Shown here one piece after another: positions 59,401-64,000 of a stretch of DNA of 64,000 bases. The DNA is from Penicillus capitatus (lineage: Eukaryota; Plantae; Chlorophyta), in contig OZ287698.1 in the NCBI GenBank assembly GCA_965649825.1, forward strand, positions 1,317,949-1,381,948, given 5' to 3'. The position numbers and the translations under genes are program-made. The first letter of the stretch is position 1. Each line of letters opens with the position of its first letter. The notes under the pieces are model-generated. The model made no database searches, was not told where the DNA came from, and was given only the letters and a program-made list of their open reading frames with translations.

Positions 59401-62400
59401 TAGTTCATTCGATGTGCTGTCATATCCCCTCGAAGCGACGCCTTTTGGAGTGTAGGTAGCAATGAACTGGAATCCTTTTGCAGGACCAGGCACCGTGGAC
59501 ACTGTTCCATCACTCAGAATACGACAATGGTGGCTCCCCGTTTCTCCTTTCTCTGACAGACAAAGGACCTTCGGAGATTCCAGGACAGGATTGATTCTCT
59601 CTTGCAGCACTGCTTCTGCTTGGCCAATGTTGTCCACAATAAAAACAGTGCCCTCTTTAAATGACCTTGTCAGTGGACCATCCCTCCATTCAACGGAGGG
59701 ATCCTCACAACTGTTCTCCTTGGGCAGATGTTCTCCAAGCATGGCGGAAGGTTCACTCTCTGCCGTGAGGGCGATCTGTTCATATCGGTTTCTCAGGAGG
59801 AAGGCAATCGTCTTTGCCAGACAGCTTTTGCCGGATCCAGCGCATCCTTTGATTAGAATGGGCTGTTCACTTTGCAACGCAGCGATCAGGACCGTCAGTA
59901 GTTCGCATGTGTGATCATTAAGTACTACAGGCATCTCTGGCACGACGAAGCTCTGAAGGTTCACAGATTCTCGATCGATACTCCAGTTCTCCACAAAAAT
60001 GTCGAGAATGACCATCCGGGCTTCGTGGTTTCTGAAAGCAGAGCAGTAGATCTCGGCGCCAAGTTGACCAAGTTCTGCAGAACTGTCGCTTCCGAAGCAC
60101 CCTTTTTGCAGTGCATTCTTTATCCATTTCACCAGCCAAAATTCAGAGAATGAAGTATACACTCCATAACATTGCATGAAATCCGGCTTGAGAATAGCTT
60201 CTGCGACATCTCTGTGAACAGACATGCACTGCTCGATCGTTTTCCTGTCACTGTCCTGCAGTGATCTCTTCGCAGAGAAGTGTGTTTTCCAAAGGGACTC
60301 TGCATTCAATTTGCAGCACTGCTTATCATTGGACCTCAGAGCAGAGTATGCCTGGATCATCCTGTCGATATTGGCGACAGATATATCTGATGAGACGTTC
60401 TGTTGGCCGACAGACAAGCCGTTCTTGTTTAGAACATTCCTAACCAGCTGCCGGCCATCTTCTCTAAAACGGCAGCCATAGATGAGCCATGCATAATTGC
60501 CGAGATCTATGTCTTTCATAGGAAGATGTTGAGCAGTTGATATCATTGCCGTCCACATCAACAGCTCGCGGTTTGTAATGACTGTGTGGCTGCCCGTCTC
60601 GTAGCACTTGTTCTGGATGACGTCTCTGACATTCCAGTGAAACTTTGTCATCTTTCTGGCCACGTCACGAACGAGATCCATCTCGGCACTGCCAAAGTGA
60701 TGCTCTAATGTTGACTGTACAATCAAATCCCACTCTTCCTTTGGTAGCTCTTTGAAGTGCATGACAGAGAACTGGGAAAAGAAGGCAGAACTCATTCGCT
60801 CTCTCTTACCAGCTTGCCACGGATTCTGAGTGGCAAACAGTCTGAAGTTTGGATGCTTCTTCAGGACCCGCGGAGGCGTCAGTGCGGAGCTTCGGTCACA
60901 AAGCACTATTTTGCCGTCCTCTAGTGCATCAACGACCACCTTGAGTGTACTCTCTTCTGCCAGATTCATCTCATCAAGCAGCACCCAATTCCCTTTCTCG
61001 AAGCTCCTGGCGAATGGCTGCACATCGAGCACAATCTGGCCGCTGGAATCGAACGATGTCTTTGCCAAGAAGTCCTCTGGAGTAAGATTCGAAGACATGT
61101 TAAGACGGATCAGTTCGATGCCCTTCAAATTTGCCAGCTCCATCAGAGTAGCCGTCTTGCCCACTCCTGAAGATCCATAAAGCAATACTGGGCGGTCATA
61201 CGTTACTACCTCTTCGATCTTCTTGATATTCTCTTCAGTTGTAGACGTTTTGATGAGAGATGTGGTCTTCTTGCTAAAGTGATCGCCAGAGCTTTCCATT
61301 CTCTCTTCGGCCTTTAATGAAGATAAGATCTCCTTTCTCAATGAGGCACTTGCCAAGTTCGGTTGTTGTTGTTGTTGGTGGTGGTGACTGAACATACCAG
61401 CCATCTTCCTTACATCATCCAATGATGCCGTTTCCGTAACGACTTGAACTGTTTTGCCTTCGGGAAAGGTGGCGGAGAAGAACGGCTGCAAAGACATGTC
61501 CTTCAAAACATCTGCTTCCATGTCTGCTTCTGTTACACTCTCTATTCTCTCTTCGATGGCAAGATACACCAATTTCATCAGACTCTCTTTCTGGGCATGG
61601 ACTTCATCTTTTTCGAGACGATCGAACACCATGTGCAGCTTCTGATTGATAATACTGCAGAGAGCCCTTTTGTCTTTCTTTGACTGCCTCTTCACGAAGG
61701 AAAACAGCATGTCAAAAAAGGTAGTGTCAGAAAGAGACTCTTTGGTGAGACCCGCTTCGAAAGCAGCTGACAGCATCTTCTTTACGACAACATCCGATTG
61801 ATGTATGTCTCGTGTCATAATTCGCATCAATAGATCGAACTCATCGTCGGGTATTCCGAAATTGACAACACCCTGTGCGGTCAATTTCAGAGCCGGTACA
61901 GCAGTTTCGGGATGCCGCAAGTACAGCAGCAGATGCACTAGACGAGTCAAACAGAGAACAGTCTCGATGTTCTGTCCTCTTGGGACACTCATCAGATCGA
62001 GGATGCGATTGCGCACTTCTGCCCAAGTTGACTCATTGATGTCAGCGTCGTGCAATGCCTGTTGTCCGTTAGCAGATTTCATCAGCCAACTCAATGCCAG
62101 ACGAAGCCAGGTTCCTTCGTCATCATCGTGACGCAGAAAAAGATCAACAAGCGTGCAGGCTTCATCGATTTTGGGGTGCTTCGTCCATCCGAGGATCATC
62201 TCCACAGAACAGGATTTCTGAAGCGGCATACAGAAATGCTCTCCATTCTTAAGTGCCAAGTTCAACAGGCAGGGAAAAACGCAAAAATCAGCAATGTTGT
62301 GACAGTAATGAGTAAAGGATTCAAGTTCAGAAGACAGATCTTTTGACCCTTGTCTTATATGTGCCAAATCTAGATAAGGAGGCGTAAAGAGAAACAAACT

Positions 62401-63711
62401 TCCAAGCGACTGAAACACGTCGACATTAAGATTTGAAGCAGGTACAAATGCGACTTCGTCAGAGAAGAAAACACTAAAAAGTAAAAGGCGCTCAAATTGC
62501 CATGCCTTCTTTATATCGCTCCCAGGCTGAAAATCTGTGATGCGCCTATAACAGGTTTCAAAAAAACTGTGTGGTAATGGATGATTAATTGTGCGAGCAC
62601 AGGAAGACACAAAGGCATAGAAATCCCCAACAGTGAATGCAGTGAGATCTTTAAGAAGAAAAGAAGCTTCAAAAAAATAACTAAGGATGTCAAGTATGAG
62701 AGGACCGTTTTTGATCTCCTTCTTTAGTAAACTGAAACGCAAGGCTTTAAACAACTCGTCATTGTTCGAAAGAAAGATAGTGTTAAAGATTTTGCTATGT
62801 AACTGAGATTCGGCGAAAGCAGAAGATGCGTCATAAGCACGTGAGAGGCCCGAGATCAAGTTGGCCACATCATTAGGAAACAACAATGATTTTAATGCAT
62901 CAACGATCAGATCGTCGGGTCTCTTTCTTGGACCGATGGTGCAGTAACAGTCACGATCTTGTCTTTCATCACTCCATGTCAGCTCCGTCATTTCCTGCAC
63001 GGAGATCTCTAGACATGACTGACGAGGAAACTGGTCTGTGGAAATGGGATTAATGACCAAGGGATTCAGGAAAAGAGCAAGAAGCTCATCAGAGCGAACA
63101 ATTCTTCCAAGGGCTTTCTGAACCACGTCATGCTCTCCGGAGTCACTTGACGAGCCCTGTTGCGTCATGTGCGTTCGCATTTCGTACAATGCCATTTCGA
63201 TGAGACTCACAATGGCATCTATCTCCTGCCCCGTACACAGCGGGACGGGCAGGAGATCCAATAAGATACCCAAATCCGGCTGCTCTCTGCAGTATGTGCA
63301 GTGCGTTTCGCGTTTATTGAATTTTCCTTTTGTCACATCGGCGACGCGAAGCTTTGATGCATCGTACTGTCGCGAAAAGAGAATAACGTTCCAAAAATCG
63401 CGTTGCGTCTCCGCATCCGTTTGTCGTACGAACCATTCGAGAAGACGTGCCAGTGGCCCGCACAACTCCCCCTTTTGTTCAAGCACTCCAACGGCGTAAG
63501 CGTAGACGACGCAGCGCAAAAGGGCCTTGGATCCGTTCTCTGTGAGTTCAGTTTTGTCTGCCTCGACGGAGTGATGCTCAAGGAAAGAGTTGATGCAGTT
63601 GCGCGCGTCGCTGAGCGAATCTCGTTCTAGACGTCCTTCAATGGAAGACTCCTCCAGTGCTTTCTGGAGAACGTCGAGTTCCCGCCACTTTTGTCTTGAT
63701 AGACGCGACAT
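38407..63711 (-). CDS. Giant (about 8365 aa) midasin-like protein: six AAA+ modules, long linker with Ig-like repeats, three VWA domains
   Basis: Exons 63711-56281, 56224-49280, 49234-39119, 39063-38735 and 38683-38407 sum to 25098 nt, a multiple of 3. GT-AG introns are 56, 45, 55 and 51 nt. Six Walker A/B sets are present, and MIDAS motifs DNSGS, DISVS and DCTGS. Confidence 0.9.
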
Positions 63712-64000
63712 CGCAAACCGTTCCTGTTCAGTCCAGAACAAAAAACTCGTTAGACGTTCTAACCATTTGAGTGTCAGCGGCGTTGTCTCGCGTCAGGACT
63801 TCTAAACGGAGAGATTTGTTTTCGCGCGCCGTCCGTTTGGCGAAAGGGATTCGCTCGTTCGTTCATTCACGTGGCGGCGGTGGTTGGTCGCTTACTTGTA
63901 GAACTTCAGAAGTTGAAAACAGCGAAGACGTTCAAGCAAGCGACAGCGTTATGGACGAAAAGAGGAGGAGAGGAGAGACCGCGTGCTTGTTGTCAAGCTT

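Noticed and set aside
38407-63711. Calling the giant gene MDN1/Rea1
   Set aside because: Size, three VWAs, Ig-like repeats and the lack of a long acidic tail differ from canonical midasin, so no symbol was given.

Overview
Gene-dense eukaryotic nuclear DNA with very short (about 37-62 nt) spliceosomal introns. It is most likely a green alga; this is inferred from plant-type TPST, GCP1, CAT and CSN2 homologues and was not confirmed by a search. The left 38 kb holds about 15 host genes and two retroelements. The host genes encode a sulfotransferase, MCC alpha subunit, mitochondrial TsaD, nuclear-encoded mitochondrial Rps4, a secreted Cu/Zn-SOD, MMAB, BRCC36, a CAT permease, two BI-1/Lifeguard proteins, CSN2, two saposin-like proteins and an RPA1-like OB fold. 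One retroelement is a degraded relic. The other is an intact 8527-bp Ty3/gypsy-type LTR element with apparently identical 611-bp LTRs and a GGGCC target-site duplication, inserted in an SOD exon. This element is the strongest candidate for an undescribed system. In place of a recognisable capsid, ORF1 has a two-TM, coiled-coil membrane protein fused to a CCHC knuckle and protease. Pol follows a canonical -1 frameshift and starts with a degenerate dUTPase-like fold. A separately promoted ORF3 is a membrane-anchored paralogue of ORF1 with an apparently dead protease. No polypurine tract or recognisable tRNA primer site is visible. The right 25 kb is one gene of about 8365 aa with only 4 introns. 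It encodes a midasin-like six-AAA ring with alternating live and dead sites, a long linker with Ig-like repeats, and three VWA domains. All calls come from reading the sequence by eye; no database searches were run.
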